Assembly: GCA_934747775.1 (NCBI GenBank)
Contig: CAKVHA010000005.1
Span: forward strand, 3,505-67,504
From: an uncultured Clostridia bacterium
GTDB lineage: Bacteria; Bacillota; Clostridia; Christensenellales; UBA1242
Reading direction: 5' to 3'
Length of the DNA: 64,000 nt
Program-made: the position numbers and the translations under genes
In this document: one piece after another, positions 1 to 9,477 of the stretch
Layout of the letters: every line of letters starts with the position of its first letter
How positions within the stretch are numbered: the first letter of the stretch is position 1
Notes under the pieces: model-generated
The model's input: only the letters and a program-made list of their open reading frames with translations
What the model was told of the DNA's origin: nothing
Database searches by the model: none

Positions 1-941
1 CGCACCCATTTATTGTCCGCGCTGTTTGTGGTGGAGTACTCGTAGTGTTCTACATATCCGTAAAAGTGGTCTAAGCGCAAAATGTCAAATTTTTCTAATA
101 GCATCTTTATTTTTTTTATTAAATATGTGTAGTTGTTTTTTTCTAAAACTTTCCAGTTGTAAACGCTAGAGCCCCAGTTTTGCTCGTTCTCGTCCGGACG
201 GCTTTTTGGAACTCCGCCGGTACATAACATATTGTATTTGTTGTCCAATTGATACATTTCCTTGTTGGCGAAAACATCAAACGACATAACGTTGGGGTAG
301 ATAGGTAAGTCGCCCAATATCGTTATGCCTTTTTTGTTTGCGTAAGTTTTTAGTTTTTGCCATTGCAAGTCTAAAATATATTGATAGAACCCATATTTTA
401 ATATCAGTTGCTCGTTGTCTTTTACAAACTGGGTATATTGTCTTGATTTTAAATTTAATAAGTTTTTATCTAATTTTCTCCAGTCATCTAGATTGTTTTT
501 TTCAAGTAATGCTTTGTAAACCGCGTAGTCATAAACATCTTCGTTTTTGCTTAAGTATGTTTTTAAATTTTCTAACATCTCTTTTGAAATGTTTGCGTAA
601 GCTTTTTCAAAAATGAAGGCTTTTTCTTTTTTTATAGGACCATACACAATTCTTTTAGTTTTTGGCAATTTTAATAGATTCAAAACATCTTTTTTTGTTA
701 TTAACTTTTTTTCGATAAGGTCGTCAATATCAAAAAACATTTCGTCGTAAGAAAAGTAGCAGTTACAGTAGTAGGGGCAATTAGTTTCGCCAGTTTGGTT
801 TAAAGGCAAAATTTGCCAAATTTTTATATTGTTTTTCGCTAAAAAATCTACAAATTTGTACGCTTCTTTTCCAAAATCGCCAACGCCATATTTGTTTGGT
901 AATGATGTTATGTGACAAAGTATTCCAATCTCTTTATTCAT
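1..941 (-). CDS. malQ: 4-alpha-glucanotransferase (amylomaltase), N-terminal ~313 codons; 3' end runs off the window
   Basis: Own minus-strand translation from ATG at 941 (GGAG RBS upstream): MNKEIGILCHITSLPNKYGVGDFGKEAYKFVDFL...ILGDLPIY...ILRLDHFYGY. Open to position 1. Absent from the ORF track because it is truncated. Confidence 0.85.
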   Translation of the reverse strand, partial: MNKEIGILCHITSLPNKYGVGDFGKEAYKFVDFLAKNNIKIWQILPLNQTGETNCPYYCNCYFSYDEMFFDIDDLIEKKLITKKDVLNLLKLPKTKRIVYGPIKKEKAFIFEKAYANISKEMLENLKTYLSKNEDVYDYAVYKALLEKNNLDDWRKLDKNLLNLKSRQYTQFVKDNEQLILKYGFYQYILDLQWQKLKTYANKKGITILGDLPIYPNVMSFDVFANKEMYQLDNKYNMLCTGGVPKSRPDENEQNWGSSVYNWKVLEKNNYTYLIKKIKMLLEKFDILRLDHFYGYVEHYEYSTTNSADNKWV

Positions 942-1273
942 TATTTTACTCCATAATGTAAAAGTATATAACATATTTAGTTTATCACAAAAAAAATCTT
1001 TCTACAAATCCATAACAAGATAATAACGAAAAGTTTTTAACAATATATATTTATATTTTATTGTAGCGTTTTAATTGCATAAGTTGAGTTTTACACAAAC
1101 TAAGAATTTTGTGTATTATTTAAAATGACTAAAATATTAAATGAAATAATTATGCCATAAGTTTATTCTACTTAAATTCTACTCAGCAATAAAAAAGAGA
1201 TAGCTTTTTGCTATCTCTTATATACAATAACTTGTAGTTTTTAGAAAGGATTACATACTAAATATTGTATTGA

Positions 1274-1313
1274 TGGTAGGGGTGAGTGGACTCGAACCAC
1301 CGACCCCCACCTT
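1274..1313 (-). repeat. Orphan copy of the 3' half of tRNA-Ile (anticodon-loop 3' side through CCA), no 5' half
   Basis: 40 nt match 1480-1519 of the intact tRNA-Ile with 1 mismatch (in the acceptor stem). No matching 5' acceptor strand AGGGGTG upstream. Confidence 0.8.
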
Positions 1314-1447
1314 GCGTCAAAGCAGGGCACAACATTCGCAAATATGCTAATCCGCATTTTGCTCATTCAACAGCCCGCTTTTCCTTTATCCCTAAAAGTA
1401 ATCCACTTTTTAGGGAGCCCTAAAACCACTGATAAGGTGTAAGAAAA

Positions 1448-1474
1448 CAAAAAAAGTAAGTACTAGTACTTACT
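1448..1474 (-). terminator. Rho-independent terminator downstream of tRNA-Ile
   Basis: Palindrome agtaagtac-tag-tacttact followed on the minus strand by a T-run. Confidence 0.7.
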
Positions 1475-1479
1475 TTATC

Positions 1480-1556
1480 TGGTAGGAGTGAGTGGACTCG
1501 AACCACCGACCCCCACCTTATCAGGGTGGTGCTCTAACCGGCTGAGCTACACTCCT
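1480..1556 (-). tRNA. tRNA-Ile (anticodon GAU), CCA encoded
   Basis: Manual cloverleaf: acceptor AGGAGTG/CACTCCT, anticodon stem CCACC/GGTGG with loop CTGATAA, T-loop TTCGAGT. Confidence 0.93.
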
Positions 1557-1615
1557 ATATAGCTTGTTTTAACGACTTTTACAACTGTCGTTTTAAATTT
1601 TGCAATTTAAAAAAA

Positions 1616-1692
1616 TGGTGGAGATAAAGAGATTCGAACTCTTGACCCCCTGCTTGCAAGGCAGGTGCTCTAGCCAGCTGAGCTATACCCCC
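1616..1692 (-). tRNA. tRNA-Ala (anticodon UGC), CCA encoded
   Basis: Manual cloverleaf: acceptor GGGGGTA with G3:U70, anticodon loop CTTGCAA, T-loop TTCGAAT. Confidence 0.93.
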
Positions 1693-1709
1693 AAAACATT
1701 TGCGATATA

Positions 1710-1738
1710 ATAATACCAAATAATAAAAAGTATGTCAA
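1710..1738 (-). promoter_or_regulatory. Sigma-A type promoter for the tRNA-Ala/tRNA-Ile transcription unit
   Basis: Minus strand reads TTGACA-17 nt-TATTAT with a TG extension, about 18 nt upstream of the tRNA-Ala 5' end. Confidence 0.65.
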
Positions 1739-1859
1739 TATTTTTAACTAAAAAAAATAAAAATTTTAAAAAACTTTTTTCTTCTATTTTTACAGGGGGA
1801 AAAACTAGTGTTGTCACTTTAACTGTTTGTTTTTCATAAAAAAATTTAGGAGAACAAAA

Positions 1860-2807
1860 ATGATAAATAAATTATATGGAATTAAAAAACTTTTGTGTAA
1901 TAGTCCAATGGTTAAAATAAATTATGAGTACAAGGGGATAAAACGAAATTGTTATGCCAAACTAGAATGGTATTCGCTTACGGGCAGTGTTAAAGATAGG
2001 GTTGCGTACAACATAATTTTTAATGCGTACAAATTAGGGCAGTTAAAATGTGGCGATAAAATTGTTGAAGTAAGCAGTGGCAATATGGGTATTAGCATTT
2101 GTGCAATTGCAAATATTACACAAAACCCCGTAACAATAATTATGCCAAAAGCTATGAGTGAAGAGCGAAAAAAACTAATAAAATTATATGGCGCAACACT
2201 TGTGGAAGTGGACGACTTTAAAGCGGCTTTTGACTTATGTGCTGAGTACGTAAAAAATGGGTACTTTTGCCCAAAACAATTTGAAAACAAGTTTAACTTA
2301 AATGTTCACGAACGCATCACAGGTGCGGAAATTGCAGCTAAAATTAAAAACCGCAGAGTATGGTACTTTGTAAGTGGCGTGGGAACGGCAGGAACACTAT
2401 GTGGTGCAGGAAGATATTTAAAAAAACACCTTGGACTAAAAGTTCTTGCTATTCAGCCTAAAAATGCACAAATTCTTACTGGCGAAAAATATCCAAAACA
2501 CCATAAATTACAGGGAATTAGTGACGAAATTGTGCCAAAACTGTTTAGTGAGCAATTGGTGGATAGGTATGTAGAAGTGGGTGATAATGACGCATTAAAA
2601 GTTGCTCAAAAACTGTGCAAGATGCTCGCCTTGCCGGTGGGGATATCTAGTGCTGCAAATTTTATAGGTTGTGTTATAAGCGAAAATAATGCGGTTACAA
2701 TTTTTCCAGATGACAATAAAAAATACTTATCAACCGACCTTAGCGACCTATCGGTTTCGTCTGAGCTGGCGGATAAAATAAAACTAATATCAGTAAAATA
2801 TATATAA
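1860..2807 (+). CDS. cysK: Cysteine synthase / O-acetylserine sulfhydrylase family PLP enzyme
   Basis: PLP-lysine motif GSVKDR and the SSGNMG loop. ATG at 1860 follows an AGGAGA RBS; the track start at 1827 is TTG with no RBS. Confidence 0.8.
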   Translation: MINKLYGIKKLLCNSPMVKINYEYKGIKRNCYAKLEWYSLTGSVKDRVAYNIIFNAYKLGQLKCGDKIVEVSSGNMGISICAIANITQNPVTIIMPKAMSEERKKLIKLYGATLVEVDDFKAAFDLCAEYVKNGYFCPKQFENKFNLNVHERITGAEIAAKIKNRRVWYFVSGVGTAGTLCGAGRYLKKHLGLKVLAIQPKNAQILTGEKYPKHHKLQGISDEIVPKLFSEQLVDRYVEVGDNDALKVAQKLCKMLALPVGISSAANFIGCVISENNAVTIFPDDNKKYLSTDLSDLSVSSELADKIKLISVKYI

Positions 2808-2862
2808 TTTTTTGTTTTAAAACTACGCCCACTTGTGTTATACTACCATAAAAAGGTGGCTT

Positions 2863-3744
2863 ATGAGTATTTCTAGTGGATTAGTAGATGCAATTATTGG
2901 AAAATTTAATAACCGCAAAATGTACGACTCGCGCGATGCTTTTGAAAAATGGTTACAAAAAAAAGAAAAAGACAACAAAAAGCCTTACAATCTTTTTTAT
3001 CCGTTTAGCAGCCTAATTACGGTTGAAAAAATGAAAATTGACGGAATGAGATACTATGTTTTAAACCGCAAATATTGCAAAAAAACAATATTTTATTATC
3101 ACGGCGGCGCATATATTTCGCGTCCAACAATAATGCACTGGCGTTTTGTTGAATCAATCCTTTTAAAACAAAAAGTATGTGTTGTTTTTCCAATATATCC
3201 GCGTATGCCAGAGTATACTTGCAACGAGTGTTTGAGCTCGTGTTTAAAACTATACAATAACTTTTTAAAAAATAATGATGTTAAAGAAGTAATCTTTATG
3301 GGCGATAGTGCTGGCGGTGGACTAGCCCTAACAATGTCGGAAAACGCGAAAAACAAGACCGAAAAACGCATAAAAACCATTATGCTTTCGCCTTGGATTG
3401 ATGTGGATACATCTAATCCTGAATCGGACGAAATTCAAAAAACCGACCGAATGCTATCTAAAGTGGGGCTTCACTGGTTGGGCGAAATTTGGGGTAATGG
3501 CGACCCTAAAAACGTGATTGCATCTCCAATATGGGGCAACCTAACAAAAACCGACCTAACAGTTATAGTTGGCACAAACGACTTGTTGTATCCCGACTGC
3601 AAAGTGCTGCTAAAACGTGCCGAGGAGCAAGGCGTTAAGGTTAATTTTAATGTGTATAAAGATATGTGTCACTGTTTTATTTTAATGCCAACACCCGAAG
3701 CTGTGGATGCGCTTAATGTAGTGCTAAAAGAAATAGAAAGATAA
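2863..3744 (+). CDS. Alpha/beta hydrolase, hormone-sensitive-lipase-type esterase (Aes-like)
   Basis: Oxyanion motif HGGAY, nucleophile elbow GDSAGG, C-terminal DxxH. ATG at 2863 follows an AAGGTGG RBS. Confidence 0.7.
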   Translation: MSISSGLVDAIIGKFNNRKMYDSRDAFEKWLQKKEKDNKKPYNLFYPFSSLITVEKMKIDGMRYYVLNRKYCKKTIFYYHGGAYISRPTIMHWRFVESILLKQKVCVVFPIYPRMPEYTCNECLSSCLKLYNNFLKNNDVKEVIFMGDSAGGGLALTMSENAKNKTEKRIKTIMLSPWIDVDTSNPESDEIQKTDRMLSKVGLHWLGEIWGNGDPKNVIASPIWGNLTKTDLTVIVGTNDLLYPDCKVLLKRAEEQGVKVNFNVYKDMCHCFILMPTPEAVDALNVVLKEIER

Positions 3745-3772
3745 AAAAATCAACCAAAAGGTTGATTTTTTG
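3745..3772. terminator. Bidirectional terminator between convergent hydrolase genes
   Basis: A-run, hairpin atcaacc-aaaa-ggttgat, T-run. Confidence 0.75.
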
Positions 3773-3798
3773 TTGTTAAATTGAATTTTAAAACATTA

Positions 3799-4680
3799 TT
3801 ATTTCTTGTCTAAAAACTGCAAAACATCGTTGAAAATTTCTTCTTTATTAAGCTCGTTGTGAAGTTCGTGACGGCAATCTTTATACAATTTTAGTTTTGC
3901 ATTTATCCCGTTTTTAACATAAACTTTTTCAAGTTTTGTTACGCCTTTGCCGTTTCTGCCAAGTGGGTCTTTGTCACCGGAGATTATTAAAATTTGAGTG
4001 TCTGGTGCAATGTTTTTAACATTTTTGTTAAGTTTTCTAAGGTTTTTAAATAGGTTTTTGTAAAAGCTTATTGGAAAAGACACGCCGCACAATGGGTCAG
4101 CATTGTATTTTTCTAAAACTTCCATATCCCTAGATAGCCAGTTTTTATCGTCAAATTGTTTTTCATAGCCGCCAAATGATATTTTTTCTATGATTTTGCC
4201 AGAGTGATGTTTGCCAAATAATGATATAAAGGAAGCAACAAATTTGCCTAGCCCAAACACTGCATCACCACCATTGGCAGTGCCCGACAAAACAACTTTT
4301 TTAGGCAAATGACAAAGTTGAATATATTTTTGTGTTACAAGGCTTCCAAAAGAATGACCATACACAATTAAAGGATATTTGTAGTTTTGCGTAATGTATT
4401 TTGATACTTCAATTGCGTCGTTAACACACTCCATATAAATGTCACCGTCGCTTTTGCCAGCCATATTGTTTTTAACAGCTTCTTCACCGTGACCGCGTTG
4501 GTTATAAGTAAAAACAATGTAGCCGTGTTCGTTAAAAAACTTTGCAAAATACTCATAACGCATACAATGTTCTTGCATTCCGTGAATTAATTGAATGCAA
4601 CCTTTTGGGTTTTCAACGCTATCGTACACATTAAGTTTAATAGGGTGGTTATTGTATCCCATAATTTCTTTAACTTTCAT
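3799..4680 (-). CDS. Alpha/beta hydrolase, lysophospholipase / monoacylglycerol-lipase-like
   Basis: HGMQEH...RY and nucleophile GHSFGS, late D and H. Its ATG lies 1 nt after the glpK stop. Confidence 0.7.
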   Translation of the reverse strand: MKVKEIMGYNNHPIKLNVYDSVENPKGCIQLIHGMQEHCMRYEYFAKFFNEHGYIVFTYNQRGHGEEAVKNNMAGKSDGDIYMECVNDAIEVSKYITQNYKYPLIVYGHSFGSLVTQKYIQLCHLPKKVVLSGTANGGDAVFGLGKFVASFISLFGKHHSGKIIEKISFGGYEKQFDDKNWLSRDMEVLEKYNADPLCGVSFPISFYKNLFKNLRKLNKNVKNIAPDTQILIISGDKDPLGRNGKGVTKLEKVYVKNGINAKLKLYKDCRHELHNELNKEEIFNDVLQFLDKK

Positions 4681-4681
4681 A

Positions 4682-6130
4682 CTAAATACCTCTCTCGCTA
4701 AGTTTTACGGCTTTTTTCCATTTTAAATAGTTTTGTTTTGCTTCTTTTTCGTTAATCTCAGGAGTAAACTCTTTTTCTATTTTATACATATTTTTAATGT
4801 CTGTAAGGGTAAATGTTTTTGTTGCAAGCCCTGCCATATATATTGCACCTAGGGCAGTGGCTTCACAGCTTAAACCTAGCATAACATTTTTGCGTGTAAT
4901 ATCCGCTAAATATTGTGTTAAAAACTTGTTTTTTGTTCCGCCGCCGTCCACTTTAAGGTCGTGGATTTTAATGTTTTTAATCTCATCCAAAATTGCTTTT
5001 GTGTTGTACGCCATACTTTCTAAAATAGAGCGAGCAATGTGTGCTTTTGTGCAGCCATATGTTAACCCAACAATTGTGGTTTTTGCGTCACTGTTCCAGT
5101 ATGGAGCGCCCAGCCCCGTAAACGCTGGCACAAAGTATACGCCGTCATTTCCGTTAAGCGATAGGGCAAGTTTGTCTAGTTCGTCGTAGCTTTCGTACAA
5201 CTTTAAGTCGTTTTTAAGCCATTCAATTGCACTGCACGCTGCGTACACGCTTCCTTCAATTGCGTAATATGTTTTTTTGCCAATTGTAAAGCCAACAGTG
5301 GAAAGTAGGCGGCTAGATTTTACTATTTTGCTGCCGGTATTAACAAGTGTAAAACTGCCAGTGCCATATGTTGTTTTACTTGTTCCTTCAGCAATACAGC
5401 CTTGTCCAAATAGGCTAGACTGCTGGTCGCCAATCATAGCACAAAGTGGAATGTCATAAAAATCCTTACATTTTCCTACAATGTGGTCGCAGCTTACAAT
5501 TTGTGGTAATGTTGATTTTGGAATTTTAAATAGTTTTAACAAAACATCGTCCCATTGCAAAGTGTTTATATTAAATAACATTGTTCTGCTTGCATTTGTG
5601 GTGTCGGTTACAAACTCGCCAGTAAGTAAGTAGGCAAGATAGGTGTTAATGTTTCCAAAACAAAGTTTGTCGTCTTTAGCGAGTTTTTTTGCTAGCGGAA
5701 CGTTGTCTAAAATCCATTCCATTTTGCTGGCGCTAAAGTAGGCGTCGGGTATTAGCCCTGTGCGGTGTTTAATTATTCGTTTTGCGTTTACTCCAAGCCT
5801 TTCTATTCGGCGGCTTGTACGCCTGCATTGCCACACAATGGCGTTGTATACTGGCTCACCAGTTTCTTTGTTCCACGCAACAACAGTTTCGCGTTGGTTG
5901 GTTATGCCTATGCCAATAACATCTTTAGGATTAACTCCTTCCATAACTTCTTTTAAACTTTCAAACTGAGCTTGGGCTATTTCACTAGGATTTTGTTCAA
6001 CCCAACCAGGCTTAGGAAAATACTGCGGAAATTTTTTGTTTGCAGTTTTCACAATTTTGCTAGTTTTTATGTCAAACAAAACAGTTCTGGCACTTGTTGT
6101 GCCTTCGTCTAGACCTATTATATATCTCAT
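4682..6130 (-). CDS. glpK: Glycerol kinase
   Basis: MRYIIGLDEGTTSARTVLFD and FGGY-family motifs across the full length. ATG at 6130 follows an AAGGAGA RBS. Confidence 0.93.
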   Translation of the reverse strand: MRYIIGLDEGTTSARTVLFDIKTSKIVKTANKKFPQYFPKPGWVEQNPSEIAQAQFESLKEVMEGVNPKDVIGIGITNQRETVVAWNKETGEPVYNAIVWQCRRTSRRIERLGVNAKRIIKHRTGLIPDAYFSASKMEWILDNVPLAKKLAKDDKLCFGNINTYLAYLLTGEFVTDTTNASRTMLFNINTLQWDDVLLKLFKIPKSTLPQIVSCDHIVGKCKDFYDIPLCAMIGDQQSSLFGQGCIAEGTSKTTYGTGSFTLVNTGSKIVKSSRLLSTVGFTIGKKTYYAIEGSVYAACSAIEWLKNDLKLYESYDELDKLALSLNGNDGVYFVPAFTGLGAPYWNSDAKTTIVGLTYGCTKAHIARSILESMAYNTKAILDEIKNIKIHDLKVDGGGTKNKFLTQYLADITRKNVMLGLSCEATALGAIYMAGLATKTFTLTDIKNMYKIEKEFTPEINEKEAKQNYLKWKKAVKLSERGI

Positions 6131-6259
6131 AACTTTTCTCCTTAACAATATAATATCACATAATGCGGTTTTTAAAAAACGATTTTTAATGTTAAACTAA
6201 CCCAACTAAAACAAATTGAGTGTTTGTTGTGTAAAATTTTGTACTATCACTTTTTATAT

Positions 6260-6288
6260 TTGACTAAAATTAAAATAACTTTTATAAT
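6260..6288 (+). promoter_or_regulatory. Sigma-A type promoter of the glpA-like operon
   Basis: TTGACT-17 nt-TATAAT. The -10 box is bracketed by a 15-bp perfect direct repeat. Confidence 0.6.
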
Positions 6289-6311
6289 TAAAATAACTTT
6301 AAGGAGAATGT

Positions 6312-7733
6312 ATGGAAAAAATATTTGATGTTGCTGTGTTTGGCGGCGGAGTAATTGGTGCAAGCGTGTTTAATGCGCTAGTAAAAAGCGGCTATAGTGC
6401 GGTGCTAATTGAAAAAGGGCTAGATGTTTCGGTGGGCACAAGCAAAGCAAACTCGGCAATTGTTCACGCTGGGTTTGATGCAAAACCAGGCACACTAAAA
6501 GCAAAATTTAATGTGGAAGGCAATAAAATGTTTCCTGAAATTTGTGCGCGACTTGGCGTTCCGCTAAAAAACATTGGCGCGTATGTGGTGGGAAACAACG
6601 AGCAAGCGGTTTTGGATTTAATAAACCGCGGCAAACAAAACGGCGTGACCAACCTAAAATATTTAGATAAAACTGCACTAAAAACACAAATTTCTAATAT
6701 TTCCGACGAAGTAACTTGTGGGCTTTTTGCTCCGTCGTCGTGTATTTGCAATCCGTATTTGCTAACAATCACATTGGCGGAAGAAGGGGTTGTTAATGGT
6801 GGCAAGGTGGAACTAAATTTCCACACACGCGCAATTGCTAAGCAAAATGGCGTTTTTGCAATAACAGGCGAAAAGCGTATTTTTACAAAACAAATTGTTA
6901 ATGCGTGCGGTGCTGGTTACAACGATATTGCAAAACTTTTGGGTGCCGAGCAGTATCCGCTAACATTTAAACGCGGCGAGTACTTTGTGCTAGATCATAG
7001 TGAAAAAGACATAGTAAAAAGTACAATTTTTCCATTGCCAGACGCACATAGTAAGGGTATTTTAATTACACCTACTGTGGACGGAAATATTTTAGTTGGT
7101 CCAACATCATATGAAAGCGACTCTAGCACGATAACAACCGATATGGGCTTAAATGAAATCCGCGAGAAATGCAAAAAACTAATATCTAATGTGGATTTAA
7201 GTAGGTGTATTAGAAACTTTGCCGGAACACGTACAATTGTTGGTGATGATTTTGTGGTGGAAAAAAGCAAGGTTGTAAGCGGAGTTGTAAACCTGGCTGG
7301 CATTTGCTCACCGGGTTTAAGTTCTGCGCCTGCAATTGCAAAATATGTGGTGGAGTTGTTGGGACTAAATTATAATCCTAATGTAAAAACCGAAAAAATA
7401 AAACCATATTTGGTGCTAAGCGCGCTATCCGATAAAGAAAAAACAAAATATATAAAACAAAATCCTAGCTATGGAAAAATTGTGTGCAAGTGTGAAAATG
7501 TAAGCGAAGGCGAAATTGTGGACGCAATTAATAGACCAATTCGCCCAATAACCACTGACGCTATAAAGCGCCGCGTGCGACCAGGAATGGGCAGATGTCA
7601 AGGCGGATTTTGTTTGGACAAGGTTATTGGTATATTATCACGCGAAAACAAAATGGACTTTAATAGCATTAAAAAAGACGGCGAAAACAGCACTTGGGTG
7701 GCAGACAATGTTAAAGGGGGTTTTGATAAATGA
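6312..7733 (+). CDS. FAD-dependent glycerol-3-phosphate dehydrogenase/oxidase-like protein with a C-terminal BFD-like [2Fe-2S] domain
   Basis: N-terminal GGGVIGAS dinucleotide fold; C-terminal CKCENVSEGEI...GMGRCQGGFC. Confidence 0.8.
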   Translation: MEKIFDVAVFGGGVIGASVFNALVKSGYSAVLIEKGLDVSVGTSKANSAIVHAGFDAKPGTLKAKFNVEGNKMFPEICARLGVPLKNIGAYVVGNNEQAVLDLINRGKQNGVTNLKYLDKTALKTQISNISDEVTCGLFAPSSCICNPYLLTITLAEEGVVNGGKVELNFHTRAIAKQNGVFAITGEKRIFTKQIVNACGAGYNDIAKLLGAEQYPLTFKRGEYFVLDHSEKDIVKSTIFPLPDAHSKGILITPTVDGNILVGPTSYESDSSTITTDMGLNEIREKCKKLISNVDLSRCIRNFAGTRTIVGDDFVVEKSKVVSGVVNLAGICSPGLSSAPAIAKYVVELLGLNYNPNVKTEKIKPYLVLSALSDKEKTKYIKQNPSYGKIVCKCENVSEGEIVDAINRPIRPITTDAIKRRVRPGMGRCQGGFCLDKVIGILSRENKMDFNSIKKDGENSTWVADNVKGGFDK

Positions 7734-8950
7734 AAACTGATGTTTTAATTATTGGCGGCGGACCCGCGGGAATGGCTGCGGCATTAAGTTGTGCCCAAAA
7801 CGGAACAAAATGTGTGATAGTAGAGCGAAATTCGTTTTTGGGCGGAATACTAAGACAATGTATTCACAACGGCTTTGGCTTGCATTATTTTAAAGAAGAA
7901 CTAACTGGACCAGAATATGCAAATAGGTTTATAACCCAAATTGAAAAAAACAAAAAAATTAAGGTGTTATTAAATACTTTTGTAACCGAAGTAAACGGAA
8001 AAATTGTAACCATTACAAATGAAAGCGGTGTGCAAAAAATAGAAGCAAAAGCAATTGTTTTGGCAATGGGTTGTAGAGAAAGAGTGCCAGCAAACATAGG
8101 GTTGGTTGGTTCGCGTCCGTCGGGCGTGCTTACTGCTGGTTGTGCTCAAAAACTTGTTAATATTTACGGCAAATTACCGGGGAAAAATATTGTTATTTTG
8201 GGTAGTGGTGACATAGGGCTTATTATGGCACGCCGCCTTACACTTGAAGGTGCGTCGGTTAAAGCTGTGTTGGAAATAAATTCCACACCAAGTGGACTTA
8301 GGCGAAACATTACACAGTGCCTAGACGATTTTAACATTCCATTGCTATTAAAAACAACAATATTTGAAGTGGTTGGAAACGACAAAATTGAAGGGGTGTA
8401 CTATGGTCAAGTGGACGAAAAATATAATAAAATTCAGTCCACAAAAAAGTTTTTGCCTTGTGATTGTTTAATACTTTCTGTTGGCTTAACTCCAGAGCGA
8501 GATTTGGTGGAAAACTTACCATTTAACCGCGCAACAAAAAGCACATTTGTAGATGATTTGTTGCAAACAAACAACGAAGGTGTGTTTGCGTGCGGAAACT
8601 TTTTACACGTTCACGACCTTGTGGATAATGTTACTGCCGAAGCAATTGCGGCAGGCAAAAGTGCAAGTGATTATGTTAAAAATGGCTGCCAAAAAGTAAA
8701 AACTCATACCGTGACAGCTGGAAATTTGGTGGGGTATGTTTTGCCTAATTTTATTCGTGCCGAACAAGGTGTGGTTACATTAAAATTTAGGCTAAAAAGC
8801 AAAGTTGTTAGGTCAAACATTGTGTTAAAATGCGGAAACAATGTTGTTGCTAAAAAGTTTATTTTAGCTGGTTTGCCAGGTGAAATGCTAACAATGGAAG
8901 TGGACAAAACACTTATAAAGGGTGATGTTGTTTTGGAGGTGGAACAATGA
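7730..8950 (+). CDS. NAD(P)/FAD-dependent pyridine nucleotide-disulfide-type oxidoreductase (partner of the glpA-like gene)
   Basis: GGGPAGMAAA and a second GSGDIGL Rossmann motif. ATGA overlap with the upstream gene. Confidence 0.75.
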   Translation: MKTDVLIIGGGPAGMAAALSCAQNGTKCVIVERNSFLGGILRQCIHNGFGLHYFKEELTGPEYANRFITQIEKNKKIKVLLNTFVTEVNGKIVTITNESGVQKIEAKAIVLAMGCRERVPANIGLVGSRPSGVLTAGCAQKLVNIYGKLPGKNIVILGSGDIGLIMARRLTLEGASVKAVLEINSTPSGLRRNITQCLDDFNIPLLLKTTIFEVVGNDKIEGVYYGQVDEKYNKIQSTKKFLPCDCLILSVGLTPERDLVENLPFNRATKSTFVDDLLQTNNEGVFACGNFLHVHDLVDNVTAEAIAAGKSASDYVKNGCQKVKTHTVTAGNLVGYVLPNFIRAEQGVVTLKFRLKSKVVRSNIVLKCGNNVVAKKFILAGLPGEMLTMEVDKTLIKGDVVLEVEQ

Positions 8951-9288
8951 AACTTACTTGTATAATGTGCCCAATGGGTTGCGAAATTGAAATCGCTAAA
9001 AAGGGAGACGGCTATTCGGTTAGTGGCAACAATTGCAAACGTGGCGAAACTTATGCAATTCAAGAAATGACCGAACCAAAACGCGTGGTTACTGCCATTT
9101 TAAAAACGCGCGATAGTGGTGTGTTGTCCGTAAAAACTAGCGTGCCCGTTCCTAAAAAAATGGTGATGATGGTTATGGACGAAATAAACAAACTAAAGGT
9201 AAAATCGGCAGCACTAGGCGATGTTGTTATAAAAAATGTGCTTAATGCTGGTGCTGATATTGTGGTTACTAGCAACAAGGTTGAATAG
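8947..9288 (+). CDS. DUF1667 domain protein (Cys-rich; third member of the glpA-like trio)
   Basis: CIMCPMGCEIEI...GNNCKRGETYA pattern; overlapping start. Confidence 0.7.
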   Translation: MKLTCIMCPMGCEIEIAKKGDGYSVSGNNCKRGETYAIQEMTEPKRVVTAILKTRDSGVLSVKTSVPVPKKMVMMVMDEINKLKVKSAALGDVVIKNVLNAGADIVVTSNKVE

Positions 9289-9376
9289 TACTATGCAAAC
9301 AACTAAATACTGGCTTAATATAGCCGAATATTATATGTTTAACTATACTTAAACTTATTAAAATAAAAACATAAGC

Positions 9377-9413
9377 GTATATTACAAGTTGTTGTAATAT
9401 GCACTTTTTTTTT
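9377..9413 (+). terminator. Rho-independent terminator
   Basis: 11-bp stem gtatattacaa/ttgtaatatgc followed by T9. Confidence 0.7.
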
Positions 9414-9477
9414 GTAAAAATATTTGTTTAAATTATAATATTATATGATATAATAAAATATACTTTTAGGAGCGGAT

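Noticed and set aside
338-616. 92-aa plus-strand ORF in the ORF track
   Set aside because: It lies antisense within the malQ coding region, whose minus-strand translation is clearly amylomaltase-like. It is a shadow ORF.
1274-1450. Considered whether the tRNA-Ile 3' fragment is the 3' exon of an intron-containing tRNA or the tRNA-like end of a tmRNA
   Set aside because: No matching 5' acceptor strand (AGGGGTG) or 5' exon lies upstream. The interval is only 166 bp and contains the neighbouring tRNA's terminator. The acceptor has no G3:U70 and there is no tmRNA-like 5' end.
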